Shown piece after piece: positions 52,871 to 64,000 of a stretch of DNA of 64,000 nucleotides (its first letter is position 1; every line of letters begins with the position of its first letter). The stretch covers positions 1-64,000 of the forward strand of contig JAQGDQ010000333.1 in the NCBI GenBank assembly GCA_030141605.1, given 5' to 3'. Made by a program: the position numbers and the translations under genes. Source of the DNA: Tubiluchus corallicola. Taxonomy: Eukaryota; Animalia; Priapulida. The notes under the pieces are model-generated. The model saw nothing but the letters and a program-made list of their open reading frames with translations, was not told the origin of the DNA and ran no database searches.

Positions 52871-54454
52871 TAAAGGTGCCCGCCTCTGATAGGTGGAGAG
52901 AGTCGAGTATCGCAATCGCAATCGCACAAGGGGAGAATGCCTACACTGTACACAACACTGCTTGATTGTTTGTTTACACCAGCAATCAACGTCAGCATAC
53001 GGTGGTTTTACGCAGTTTATACCTTGTGACGCTATCGCTAAAGATTAACCTATTGTGGATGGAATGCGTGATTTGCTCGCTAAAAACAGCCGTGAAATGT
53101 GCTACACAAAGATTCAACAATTAGACGCGCCGTTCAATGAAGCAGTAGCGTCGGAATACGGAGCCAAAATATAAAAACGTTTACTTAGTTCCAATAAGCA
53201 ACAGAAAATTATTGAAGCAATGAAAGCACAATCTAAAAAAGCTGGATTCACGCCTACAAACTGCCACAACTTGATCTGTATATTTTCTCGAATGTTTGCT
53301 TTGAAACATGAGTTTAGAACAAGATGAACTCTAGTGTTAAAAATATTGTACTTAAACTTCAGACAGATTTAGTTAGATGCAGTTTTTGGTATTTTTGTTA
53401 ATTTGTTTCATTTTAAGCCTAAGCGCATAGTTTGTCAATGCTGTATAGTCATTTTGAGATTTGTATCCATTTCAATAAAAATATCACAATTACTTTACGT
53501 AATGCAATTTTTTGCACTATAATTTTATTTATTATGGTTCTTTTCTTCCTGAATTTTGAATATTAACTTAAGAAAAAGACATTGTAAATCGTAAATTATA
53601 GGATAAACAACGAGTGCCGTATATTTGGTAATTTGAGTAGCACAAAGAGTAGTTGTACTAGATTATTTTTACTACATATACTTTTTTCAGCTTTATAATA
53701 GAATGAGTGACAGAATAACCTTACTTGAAATAACACAATAAATAATTATTTTGTCATCGAACCACACATTATATCGTTAGCTTTTTATTTTGTAAATGTG
53801 GATAACAATATGTTAATAATAAATGTATTATTATCGTTAATTCTTGTTTCAGTCCAACTAACCATGTAGTTGGGTGCATAGGCTCTTTTTTGGTTTTAAT
53901 TTTCATTTTCAATTACTGCCACGGTGCTGCCACCTGTTTGTTTATTTAGTAGGCATTTAACTTTTACAGTAGTCACTCTTTTAAAATTGCAGCACCTAAT
54001 ATTCTTCAATACATTAGCATTTTGGCCTTTCGTGAGCTATAGCTGTAGCAGTTGTATGACATTTCACTCGTCTTTTGGTTCTCTCCGCCACTGCTCTATT
54101 TTTGTGACTGTGATGCGCATTATGACTGTGAATTTCTTACGAATTTATTGTTGTGACATTGTTGTTCTTAAGGCTACTTGGAGTTCTCATTCCTGTCTTT
54201 GTAACTGTTAAAGGCTCTAACAACGTAAGTTATATTAATTAATTTCAATATAGACTACATAATTTTTATATCAGTACTTAGTTATAGCAATACACTAATT
54301 TTCTTCTACTTAGTGTTAATCTATGCAAATTAAACTAAATGTTATTAAATGTATTTCAGAATAAAGAAACTTTTGGTCAACACGTGAAACTGGTGTTTTG
54401 TATCCATTTCAGACCACAAACGTTTTATTTAATCCTAATATTTTAGTAGTACTA

Positions 54455-56391
54455 CAGTGGACTCTCATAACAAGAATCACACGTATAAGAATCAGCTCGA
54501 TATAAGAATCAAAATCGCGTTTCCCGAATTGAATCGGCATTTTCCTAGTGAAAATCCGCTCGTATAAGAATCACCCTTCTTTCGATAGTAGAATCAATTT
54601 TGGCGCCAACTCCATTGTCTCTCACGCCCTGCTTACATGGTTCTGCGCAGTGGGCGTTGCGGACACCACAGAGATTTCAAATTTGTTTGTTTGCGTGTCA
54701 GTCAATTGAAAAATGGCATCCAAATGGAAAAGCAGAAGTGTAAGTGAAAATCATCGCCGTTTATGACGCGCGTCCGAGGGTTGGCCAACGAGAAGCTGTG
54801 CAGCTGTTGGTTGGACAAGGCTTCGAAGGTCTCACGAAGATCTTGAAGGAGCGCAATATCCTGTCCAGCACTTCACCAGCATTGAAGAGGAAGAGAATGG
54901 GGAAGTGGGATGAGCTGGAAGTGGCACTGGACATGTGGATCAAAAACGCACGAGACAAAGACACTCCACTCTCAGGCCCAGTCATCAAAGCAAAAGCCGA
55001 AAACTTTGCCAAAGAATTCGGAATTGCTGATTTCAAGGCGTCAGACGGCTGGTTCACCAATTTCAAGAAACCAAACGACCTGATTTTCAAGCGACTGCAT
55101 GGAGAAGCGGCAGCAGCAGACGCACAGGGGAAAGATGACTGGCTAGTGAATGTGTGGCCTGAACTTCGCAAGAAGTACGCTCCTCGTCAAATCTGGAACT
55201 GTGACGAGACTGGCCTCTATCATCGCGCCCTTCCAGACAGCACATTCGTACTCAAGGACGAAAAGAAGGCTGGAGGGAAGAAGAGCAAAGAACATTTGAC
55301 TGTTCTGTTCTGTGTCAGCTGGACGGGAGAGAAGTGAATTCCTTTCGTCATTGCAAAGAGCGCTAAGCCACGATGCTTCACTGGCATAAAGAAGCTGCCA
55401 GCATGCTACAGAGCTAACAAAACAGCATGGATGACACTGAATGGTTTTCACTGAATGGCTTCAAGAGTGGGATCAAGAACTTCGACGCAAGGGAGAGAAG
55501 GTGCTGCTGCTGTTGGACAACTGTTCAGCCCATCCAAAAGTGCAGCTTGACAACATCGAGTTGGCATTCTTGCCGCCAAACACGACATTTCTCTTGCAAC
55601 CACTGGACCAGGGCATCATTCGGGCATTCAAAGCCCATTTCAGGCGCAGCATAGTGATGGCCGTGCTAAATGAGATTGACAACGGAAGCGCATCAGATGC
55701 TACGACGCTCGCCAACAAAATCAATGTTCTGGATGCGCTGATGAACCTGAAAGTTGCTTGGGAATCTGCCAAAACCAAAACCATTGTGAATTGTTGGCGA
55801 CGAGGAGGACTGGATGACGGCGATGTGAAAGATCCAGCAATCGATGACGCTGCTCTGTCCGCCCCAATGGATGTTACCCAGGAGCAGTGAGAAGAATTCA
55901 TCGACATCGATGTTGACCTTCAAGTGACTGAGAAGATGTCAGACAAAAGCATTGTCGAAGAAGTGGCGAGACAATTCTACCCCGAGAAGGCAGAGAACGA
56001 CAGTGACAGCAGCGATGATGAAGAGAAAGTTGCAATCCCCACACGGAAGGAAATGATGGAACACTTCAATAAGCTGAAACTCGGATTGGTGGCACGAGGC
56101 TTTGAGGACAACCTTCAATTGAAACGGTTGGGAGCCGAAATTGACCGCCTCACCAGAGGAGAAATGAAGCAAAGCAAGCTATCGATATTTTTCAAGCAGT
56201 AGATGTAGTTTTTAGGCCAGAAAAACATTATGCTGTTTCATGTCGTTTCTAGCATAATTTCGGGAAATAAATAATTTTTATGTGCATAAAAAATTTTAAA
56301 GCAATTCTGGGTCATGCTCGTTATAAGAATCGCTCGTTATAAGAGTCACTTTGCCTTCTCCCGAGGTGATTCTTATAACGAGAGTCCACTG
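54455..56391 (+). mobile_element. Tigger/pogo (Tc1/mariner superfamily) DNA transposon, full length (1937 bp)
   Basis: TA TSD (54453-54454, 56392-56393), 26-bp TIRs cagtggactctc...aagaatcac with 3 mismatches, subterminal tataagaatc repeats at both ends. Confidence 0.95.
54713..56202 (+). pseudogene. Tigger-type transposase (CENP-B HTH + DDE_1), disrupted
   Basis: FKASDGWFTNFK, WNCDETGL, LLLDNCSAH, LPPNTT..LQPLDQGII, terminal KQSKLSIFF; stops at 55335-55337 and 55888-55890 plus frameshifts. Confidence 0.92.
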
Positions 56392-56439
56392 TACAGTCAT
56401 TGGAGCTATAGCCTCGTCGGTTATACATACACCCACATA

Positions 56440-56850
56440 CAGTGATACTCGAGATACGAAATTAATTCGTTACAGAGAGACTTTCGTATCTTAAAATTTT
56501 CATATTATGAGACAAGATTTACCCTAAATGGGCAAGGACAAGAACGAGAGCGGTAGTAGAAGTTTACACAGAGAACAAGAGAAAGAGAAAGAAACAGAAA
56601 GAGAGATGAGAGAAAGAGGCAAAAAAAAATTAGGAAAGGACGAAGTGAGGCAGAGGGCAGAGAAAAGAGCTACTGATAGAAAGGTCGGCAAAGATTCTGG
56701 CAAAAAGCTTTTGCCAAAGAGAGGGGGAGAGAGCACAAAGAGACAGCAAGAGAGAAGGAAAAACATAAAGAATAGCTGTGCCCAAAAAAGCTTGCGAGCA
56801 CAGCAAGCAACACTGAGAGAGGTGAGTTTTGCTAGTCATATTAAAAAAAA
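56440..56850 (+). mobile_element. Left end of a second pogo/Tigger-like element followed by a purine-rich low-complexity tract
   Basis: ta|cagtgatactcgagatacgaaattaattcgtt resembles Tigger-family termini; no matching right end seen. Confidence 0.35.
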
Positions 56851-56899
56851 TAAAGCATGTCAGTGGAGACAGTGCAACGTGTCATTAAAATTTTAATAC

Positions 56900-56999
56900 C
56901 TTGTCTCTTGTCTGCATCAGGGTCTGACGTACAGTTAACAATGATAACGAAGCTATGCACCACAACCATCAAAACAAGACCAGCTCGTTTATAATACAT
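56900..56999 (-). CDS. Host gene first coding exon: signal peptide and short propeptide (full exon 56900-57026)
   Basis: Acceptor tgtgttttcag|at, strong Kozak accgccATG, MYYKRAGLVLMVVVHSFVIIVNCTSDPDADKRQ (basic n-region, hydrophobic core), phase-1 donor caag|gtatta compatible with the Kunitz exon. Confidence 0.8.
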
Positions 57000-59093
57000 G
57001 GCGGTAGTTCCGTTCAAATGGGAAATCTGAAAACACAAAAACAATCAAAACACTAAATAAAGAGCACATTTTCCTTGAATTGTTGTATGACTCGAGTATA
57101 AAGCATTAAATAGTTTACAAAAAGGGAAATATGGCATATATTCAGCCCTGGCCTTAAAAACTACCTAGAAATCTTTGTGCTAGCTGAACCGGTAAGTGCT
57201 TCAGGATACGCTTTCCACTAAAAGTTGTTTACTTGCAGCAACCAATTGCAAAGCCCTTAGATCTTTCAGGCTGTACCATGTCTCACATGCCCTGAGCCAA
57301 TCCGTGTTTCACAGCAAACAGCCTCTTTACTAAACAGTTCTTTGATACAGCTGACTGCGGCAAGGATTAACTTCTTTTATCCAATCAAAACAAATTAGGA
57401 TAAGACATTTAAGAATATTTTTAGGTTCAAGCCAATAAGATTTTCACTTTTTGAAGGCTTAATACTGCAGTGCATGTAAAAGACACGATATTTTGACAGA
57501 CAGAACGTTGCAATTTAATTGTGGCTCGGGTCTTAAAGTAAGGACTTTTTTACACAGGCAAGACTGATAACATCGAAAATAAAGCTGTTAACCTGGCCAG
57601 CAAATTGATTTGATAAGACCCATGATGTCACGGATCGATGGATCAATCGACGGAGCAAGTTTCGGAGCACTAACACTACGGAAAGTTAAATGTCGGCAAA
57701 TAAAAGACAGATAACAGTAATTTAAATGTATATATTTGATTTTTAATTCACTTTCATATTGTGTAAAAACTGAAAACCCAAATATGCCAGTAAATAATGT
57801 TCTACCTTCATTGCCCACAATATAACACAATCTATAGTATTACGGCATTGTTCAAGAGAAGATACAGAGTCAGGTTGGATATCAGGGGCCAGACTAATAC
57901 GCCTCCATTGAGTTCTTCTTAAAGCATTTTTAAGAGTAACAAACTGTGGTGACCAAACAACGCATGCACACTAATTGGTATAACTACAGCTTTATAAAGA
58001 GGTAAAATAACTTTCATAATCTACGTGATAAAATATAGCATTTTATCGTTCAAATGTATCTATTGGCCTGAAAAATAATATGCACAATATACATTTGTGT
58101 TCCTCTTCAGGTTGTTAGAGGAACAATTCACGTACAACTGATTATTCTTCAATAACACTATCTTTCAGATAATAAGGTGTAAAATTAAAACGAATGTGAA
58201 TTGTGCTACATTTATTAGATGTGAGAGACATTGCCCAGTTGTGAAATCGCTCAGTTTCAGAAAGGTCTGACTGTAAGATCTCTTGATCAGAGGAATTTCT
58301 AATTGGACAGCAAGGTGGATATCATCAATAAACAGTGGCATACGTGTGTGGAGTAGTTTCTCCCTGATACTGCAAATTCCATTTTTAGATATAAAACTTA
58401 AAAGGAAAAGTACTCCCATGGTTTCACTATTTTATAACACACAGACGGCAAAGAGTAATTCTAAATGGTGTGACCACTTCATCGTTACCATCGAAGGATA
58501 GAGGTCAAGCATAAACAGCTTATAGACCTCTCCGTTGTTCCTTGTTTACTTTATTAAAAATAAAATTTAAAAATGAAGAAAATGATCATGAAGTATGGCG
58601 CAAGACTTCCTGCTGCCATTATGGCAACCCGGGATCTATATATTTTTCTGAATAGCATTTCCAGTGTCTATCAGTATCAAGACGAATCTTAAACAGGACA
58701 AGATTGAAGGCTTTAACTACAGTGTTCCATTCATTAATTACTGACCTTGCAAATGTAAACCTCCTTCTACTCTACCTTTGGGGAACTGTTCTCTTCTTAA
58801 TTTCACGAAGAATTAGTTATTACCCCCTATATTCATATTTATAATCATATTCAATTCATATTCCGTCTAATTTTACAACGCCTTATTATCTGAAAGATGG
58901 TGTAACCAGTAACATTTATATCAAGCAAGATAGCGTTTTATGTATACATTATCCAAAAAATAAGGACTTAGATGATAACTATCTGTAAACGGTCCTTTCT
59001 TATATGCCTTTTGAAACTGTCAACTGATAAAGCAGTAATGGTTGTTAATGTAGCTTTATAGATAAGGGCAATTCGCCAGTCTATCAAGCTTAC

Positions 59094-59200
59094 CTGTATT
59101 TTGATACCGTATGGTTTTGCTATAGTAATTGCGATGAAAGTTTACAAATATTAGACATTTTGGCACAAAATAACATAAAAAATGCGAATCCTTTCCCTAC
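59094..59200 (-). other. Candidate non-coding 5'-UTR exon of the host gene (start uncertain)
   Basis: Consensus donor cag|gtaagc at 59094/59093; the signal-peptide exon has an acceptor, so an upstream exon or trans-spliced leader is required. Confidence 0.35.
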
Positions 59201-59288
59201 CGCCGCGTCCGTTACCATCGAGACCAAGCGTTTCGTTTATTGGTTGCTAATACTTTGTGACGTAGTTTGCTGCTACGGCCATTCTTAA
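59200..59288 (-). promoter_or_regulatory. Candidate promoter of the host gene
   Basis: Locally CpG-rich stretch with a CCAAT box (attgg 59239-59243) and a CRE-like tgacgt (59258-59263) just upstream of the candidate exon. Confidence 0.3.
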
Positions 59289-59975
59289 GGCCCAACTAAT
59301 TTACCGCTGACGAAGAAAAGACTGAAAAACATCCGATTAAGGAGCGTTAGGGTATTATTACTTTTTTGCGTTTTTATTCGATATGGTTGCATGTTCTGCA
59401 ATCTTTCATGACTCGTAATGCCGGGTGTGTAGGATAGACACTATCATTGCATAGACCAATTAGCAGGGGTAAATAACAAATATGAATGCAGTTTATTGAA
59501 AAGAAAAGACGTTGTATGCAAGTACAAGTAGTCAGTTCCATTACATAATAAAATAAGTATGTTTACACTTAACTGTCATCCCATCTGAGTGTGTTGCATA
59601 CAAGTCTTCACAACATAGTTCTACAAATGAGTAATACACTTGGAGTTGGCATCTGGAATTTCTAGTGTTTAACTACTTTGTAAAACTATGTCGCGAAGAC
59701 TTTGCATATTGTGTATGTGTGCGCCATTTTATTCCCGTAGTCCTTTTCATATAACGTCTTCTCTTTTCAATAAACTTCATTCATATTTGTTATTTACACC
59801 CTGCTAGTTGGTCTATGCAATGATAGTGTCTATCCTACACACCCGCCATTACGAGTCATGAAAGATTGTTGAACATGCAACCATGACGAATAAAAACCCA
59901 AAAAAGTAATATTACCCTAACTCTCCTTAATCGGATGTTTTAGGTCTTTTCTTTTCGTCAGAAGAAATTGAGTAA
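59289..59975. mobile_element. MITE with ~180-bp inverted repeats (Harbinger-like left end)
   Basis: 59307-59488 is the reverse complement of 59778-59961 with few mismatches; left end taa|ggcccaactaatt; right tip degraded next to an RTE fragment. Confidence 0.8.
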
Positions 59976-59979
59976 ACAA

Positions 59980-60455
59980 AAAAAGATTCTCAGCCTTAAA
60001 ACTGTATTTCTGTATAACTCTGAGCTCTGGACATTAAAAGCCAAATCATAAAGCTGAAATCGATGCGTTTCAAAGGTGAAATGCCAGAAACATTTTTGGT
60101 AATGGCCAAAGAAATTTCAAACAAAGATCTATATGAAAAAATAAAAGAAGAACCTTGGACAAGAAAAATAAAAATACGCTGTTTAAGAGTTTAAGATGGA
60201 TTCGGCATATGCTTAGACTACCTGATAATATTCCAGTGAAGATAGCTCTTCAACAAGCCATAGAACCAGCTAAAAAACCTGCAGGAGGACAAATGTTAAC
60301 ATATTCAGATTTTGCACAGAAAGATTTAAACACTTCAGCATTGATCCTTAGAAATAAATGCATTTGGGGCGTTGCGGTGAACACAGAGTCCTGGCATAGG
60401 GAGGTGAGCAGAATCATGTCCCTGGATGTATGATTTACTGGATGATGATGATGAT
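59980..60455 (+). mobile_element. 3' fragment of an RTE-clade LINE
   Basis: FLYNSELWTL, IDAFQR, ISNKDLYEK, LRWIRHMLRLPDNIPVKIAL, ending in a (tga)n tail at 60441-60455. Confidence 0.78.
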
Positions 60456-60458
60456 TCC

Positions 60459-63400
60459 TGTGGCAAAATTCTTGCTCGGTGGTGATGCTGACAGATACTG
60501 ACTTTAATTTTTTAACTAAATTAAAGTATTTCATCTTAAATGCTCGCCTGCTTATATAGCTGGGCATCCTGCTCCTGCCTGTGGCAAAATTCGATTTTAT
60601 GCGCGATGAACAATTTGTAGTTTTAAATAAATCTTTTTGTATCAAATAATTGTAACTTATCCGTGATTGTACTTATATTTTGGTGCCAAACAGTCGGGAA
60701 AAGAGATCTTTAGATGAGTATGGCTGAGTGTGACAATATTAAACACTCTAGAAGTATATCGAAATATTGGGTGAAGACTGGTATAAAATTACAAAGAGAG
60801 GCTGTGTCTAGTGAAACGCCCAACTTTGCTAAAACCAGATTCAAGACCATGTAGTCCTAGTGATTTCCAGCAACATGCAAGTTATATGATTTTGTTTTGC
60901 GACGAGTGAATAACTGTGATTTTGCACGTACTGAAAGTGCAGAAAATTCATCAAGTAATAATGTAGTCGGTGCAGAAGTCACCAATGTAAAACTATCTAA
61001 ATTGCAACTGCCAACTTTCAGTGGTGACTCATTAAATTTTTATGAATTTTGGGAAATGTACATTGCCTCTGTTGATGCTAAACCTGTACCAGACGCATTC
61101 ATAAAATTATTTACTTGAAGAGCTTACTTAAAAGTGAAGCTGCTCATGCGATAGATGGCCTGCAGCTTGTAGATGGCATTTATAAGGAAGCTGTTTCTTT
61201 GCTAAAAGAGAGATTTGGTGATAAAGATGCAATCGAGATGTCATTGTTGAATAAACTGTGGCAGTTAAAGCCCATCACTGATTCGAAAAATATTGAAGCA
61301 CAAGGAAATTTTGTAGACGAGCTTGAAGTTGTTATAAGAGGCCTCCGTGCAATGGGACTTAGTACAGAAGAATTAGGTAAAACCCTAAAACCTCTCTTTT
61401 TAGCAAAAATTCCATATCCTTGGCGTGTTGAATGGGAGCGAGTTCATGAAAAGCAAAGTTGATATTAGATGAAAGGCTGCTTCATATACTCGCCATAGAG
61501 AGTCTGGTGAATGTAGTCGTCATGCTGGGTGTAAGAATTTAGGTGTGAGGAGCACCCTAGATTCAGTTTCTGTTCTTCAATCTAGTGATTCTCGTGTACT
61601 TTCAGCTTCAAAGAATTCCCATTGTTTATTTTGTGGTGGAGCTCAACATATGTGGTGTGATTGTGCAGCTCTTCCTACTATGACTTTGCAAGAGCGAAAA
61701 CAGAAGGTTGCTTAGCAGCACCATTGTTTTTTGTGTCTTGGTTTAAACCACAGAGCTGATACTTGCCGTAAACCTCCATGCAAGCGATTTAGTAAACGGC
61801 ATCATTATTTATTGTGCAATTCAATTACTATTCGCGTTTTTATAGATCCTGGTGCCACTACCTCTCTTATTTTGTGTGATGTTGCAGAGCGAGCAGGCTG
61901 TGAAATTATAGGCGAGCGTAATCTTTCGTTATGCGTGGACTTAGCACACCGCAACAGAAATGTTACATTGTTCATGTTAAACTTCAAACAAATATAGGAA
62001 AATTGTATTCAATATGTACCCACAGCTGTTGTTTCAATATTTGGGTGGCTTTGCATGGCACCTGTACTGAAAAATTGAACAAATGTGATGGTGATTCAGT
62101 TTGCTGTTCACAAGTGATTGATGGATCTGCACCCGTGAATGATATACAGCAGTTGTGGTCCTTAGACAGCATAGACAGCCCTACTGATGAGCTTCAGTGT
62201 AGTGATTCTTTAATATGGCAGCACTTTTGAAATAATCTGCGCTTCGAAGTTGGGCGATATTGTGTTAAGCTTCCATGGAAAGTGGATCACCCACCACTAT
62301 TAAATAATTGGAAGTCTGCTGAAATACAAAGGGGTAAATTAGAATCTAAATTGAGTCCAGAATTGCATGTGCAATATGATTCAGAGATAAAATCTATGAT
62401 TCAGTTGGGTTTTGTAAAACCAGTGTCACCTTGTGATGATTTGGAAGATGGTGCAGTATACTATTTGCCTCATCGACCTGTGATTCGTGAAGACAAGGAA
62501 ACAACAAAGATTCGACCTGTTTTTAATGCAAGTGCTATGGGTCCTAATGGTGTGTCTTTAATTACGCATCTTGAGATCGGTCCTAATTTATTGCCTCAGA
62601 TACCGGGTATTATGTAGCAATTTCGTTCCAATCCAGTTGGTTTTTGCTGTGATTCAGAAAAAGCATTTTAATGATTGCAGTGTCTGGCAAAGATCAGAAT
62701 GTTTTGCGATTTTTATGGCATGGTAGTGAATATAAATTTGTGAGGCTTCCGTGACAAAGCACTATATACTCAGTGTAACTGCATCTGTGTTTGACCCTTT
62801 AGGAATGGTCTGTGGCATTTTGGTCTAGCTGGGAAATTTTAATTAAAATTCTCCAGGATCTGTGGAGAGGTGGCATAGGTTGGGATGCATGTATTGATGA
62901 TAAGATATTGTTAAGGCAGTTTGATTCCTTTTGTATGCAACTTAGGCAACTGTCTGACCTTATCTTAATGTAGATAGTAATTACTCTGTACATGTGTTCT
63001 CTGATGCTTCTGTTTTAGGCTATTGTGCTGTATGTTATGTTCGATGCAAAACTGATGTGGTGTACAAATTTACTTTGTGCTTGCTAGAACTAGGTTGACC
63101 CTGTAAAGCAAATAACTCTGCCTCGCTTAGAACTTAATGCTTGTTTACTTGGTTCTAAACTTGTGAATCACTTAGGTTTTATGTTAGCAATGGAGAATAC
63201 ACAACTGTACCTTTGGACAGATTCAATGATAGCACTGCATTGGATGAATGGTGATTTATCTAAACGAGATTCTTACGTGAAATCCAGAGTGAAGAAAATT
63301 CGTGACTTGGGGAGCTCTCCAGGAAGCTTGGGGGTCGTGTGACTGGTGAGCAAAATCCAGCAGACTTGTGGACGAGACCAGTGACTGTAAATCAACTTCT

Positions 63401-64000
63401 TCTTTCTATGTGGCTCACAGGTCCTGCTTGGTTATACCTGTCTTGCGATAAGTGGCCTGGAAAGCCAGATTTATAGTATAATGCTGTGCACACTGTTGAT
63501 GTGAACTTTGCTTTAGAAGACTCCACTTTAGTGTACAGAATATCATACAAGTAACTTCCTTTAGCTCGTTTCGTAAATTGCATAGAGTGACAGCCTGGGT
63601 GATACGTTTTGTATCTAACTTGAGGAAACCAGCTAACGATAGACAGCTCATTGATGTGATCACTGCTGATGAATTGCATAATGCTGAGAGATTGTGGTGG
63701 CTTTCTGTACAACAGATTCATTATGCAACTGATTTAAACCATTTAGTTCAGGATAAACATGTGAAAAGGGATTCGAAGCTGTATTTACTTTATCCCCAAT
63801 TAGATTAAGCTGGAATAATGAGAATTGGTGGAAGACTTGGGTATGAGAATAAACTTCAGGTGATTCTTCCAGAGCGTTCATACATTGTTACTCTCTTGAT
63901 TCGCTTTTACCACGAAAATCATCTCCATGCTGGCGTGAATCAAACCCTACGTGCATTACGTGAGAAGTATTTGATTGTACACGGCAGGAAATTGGTATCA
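60459..64000 (+). mobile_element. Decayed BEL/Pao LTR retrotransposon, continues beyond the window
   Basis: LTR remnant then PBS-like tggtgcc at 60681; gag (LPTFSGDSLNFYEFW, YKEAVSLLKERFG), Cys/His knuckle, protease FIDPGATTSLI, RT YYLPHRPVIREDKETTKIRPVFNAS, RNase H HVFSDAS, TLPRLEL, WTDSMIALHW, NPADL, integrase start HENHLHAGV. Many stops. Confidence 0.9.

Noticed and set aside
56524-56896. K/R/E-rich ORF and its hydrophobic antisense ORF
   Set aside because: Purine-rich low-complexity DNA without domain features or splice support.

Overview
AT-rich animal (invertebrate-type) genomic DNA, about two thirds transposon-derived; the organism cannot be identified from the sequence alone. One host gene runs on the minus strand across nearly the whole window as five small coding exons joined by phase-1 introns (56900-56999, 36210-36371, 8223-8411, 1183-1350, 732-878). 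They splice in frame into a secreted protein: signal peptide, short acidic KR-ending propeptide, Kunitz, two Lustrin-type Cys-rich repeats, Kazal, and it continues off the left edge. Its introns hold two near-identical intronless THAP/P-element copies (one complete with 63-bp TIRs and an 8-bp TSD, one with a flanking deletion), a ~820-bp-arm foldback repeat, an Academ-like relic, a decayed Gypsy with a nested RTE, several LINEs, hAT and Penelope relics, LTR-like sequences, a head-to-tail trio of non-autonomous Helitrons and a Tigger/pogo element. Upstream are a candidate 5'-UTR exon and promoter, a long-TIR MITE, an RTE fragment and a decayed BEL/Pao element. No RNA genes or CRISPR arrays were seen. 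Family assignments come from motif recognition by eye, not from database searches.
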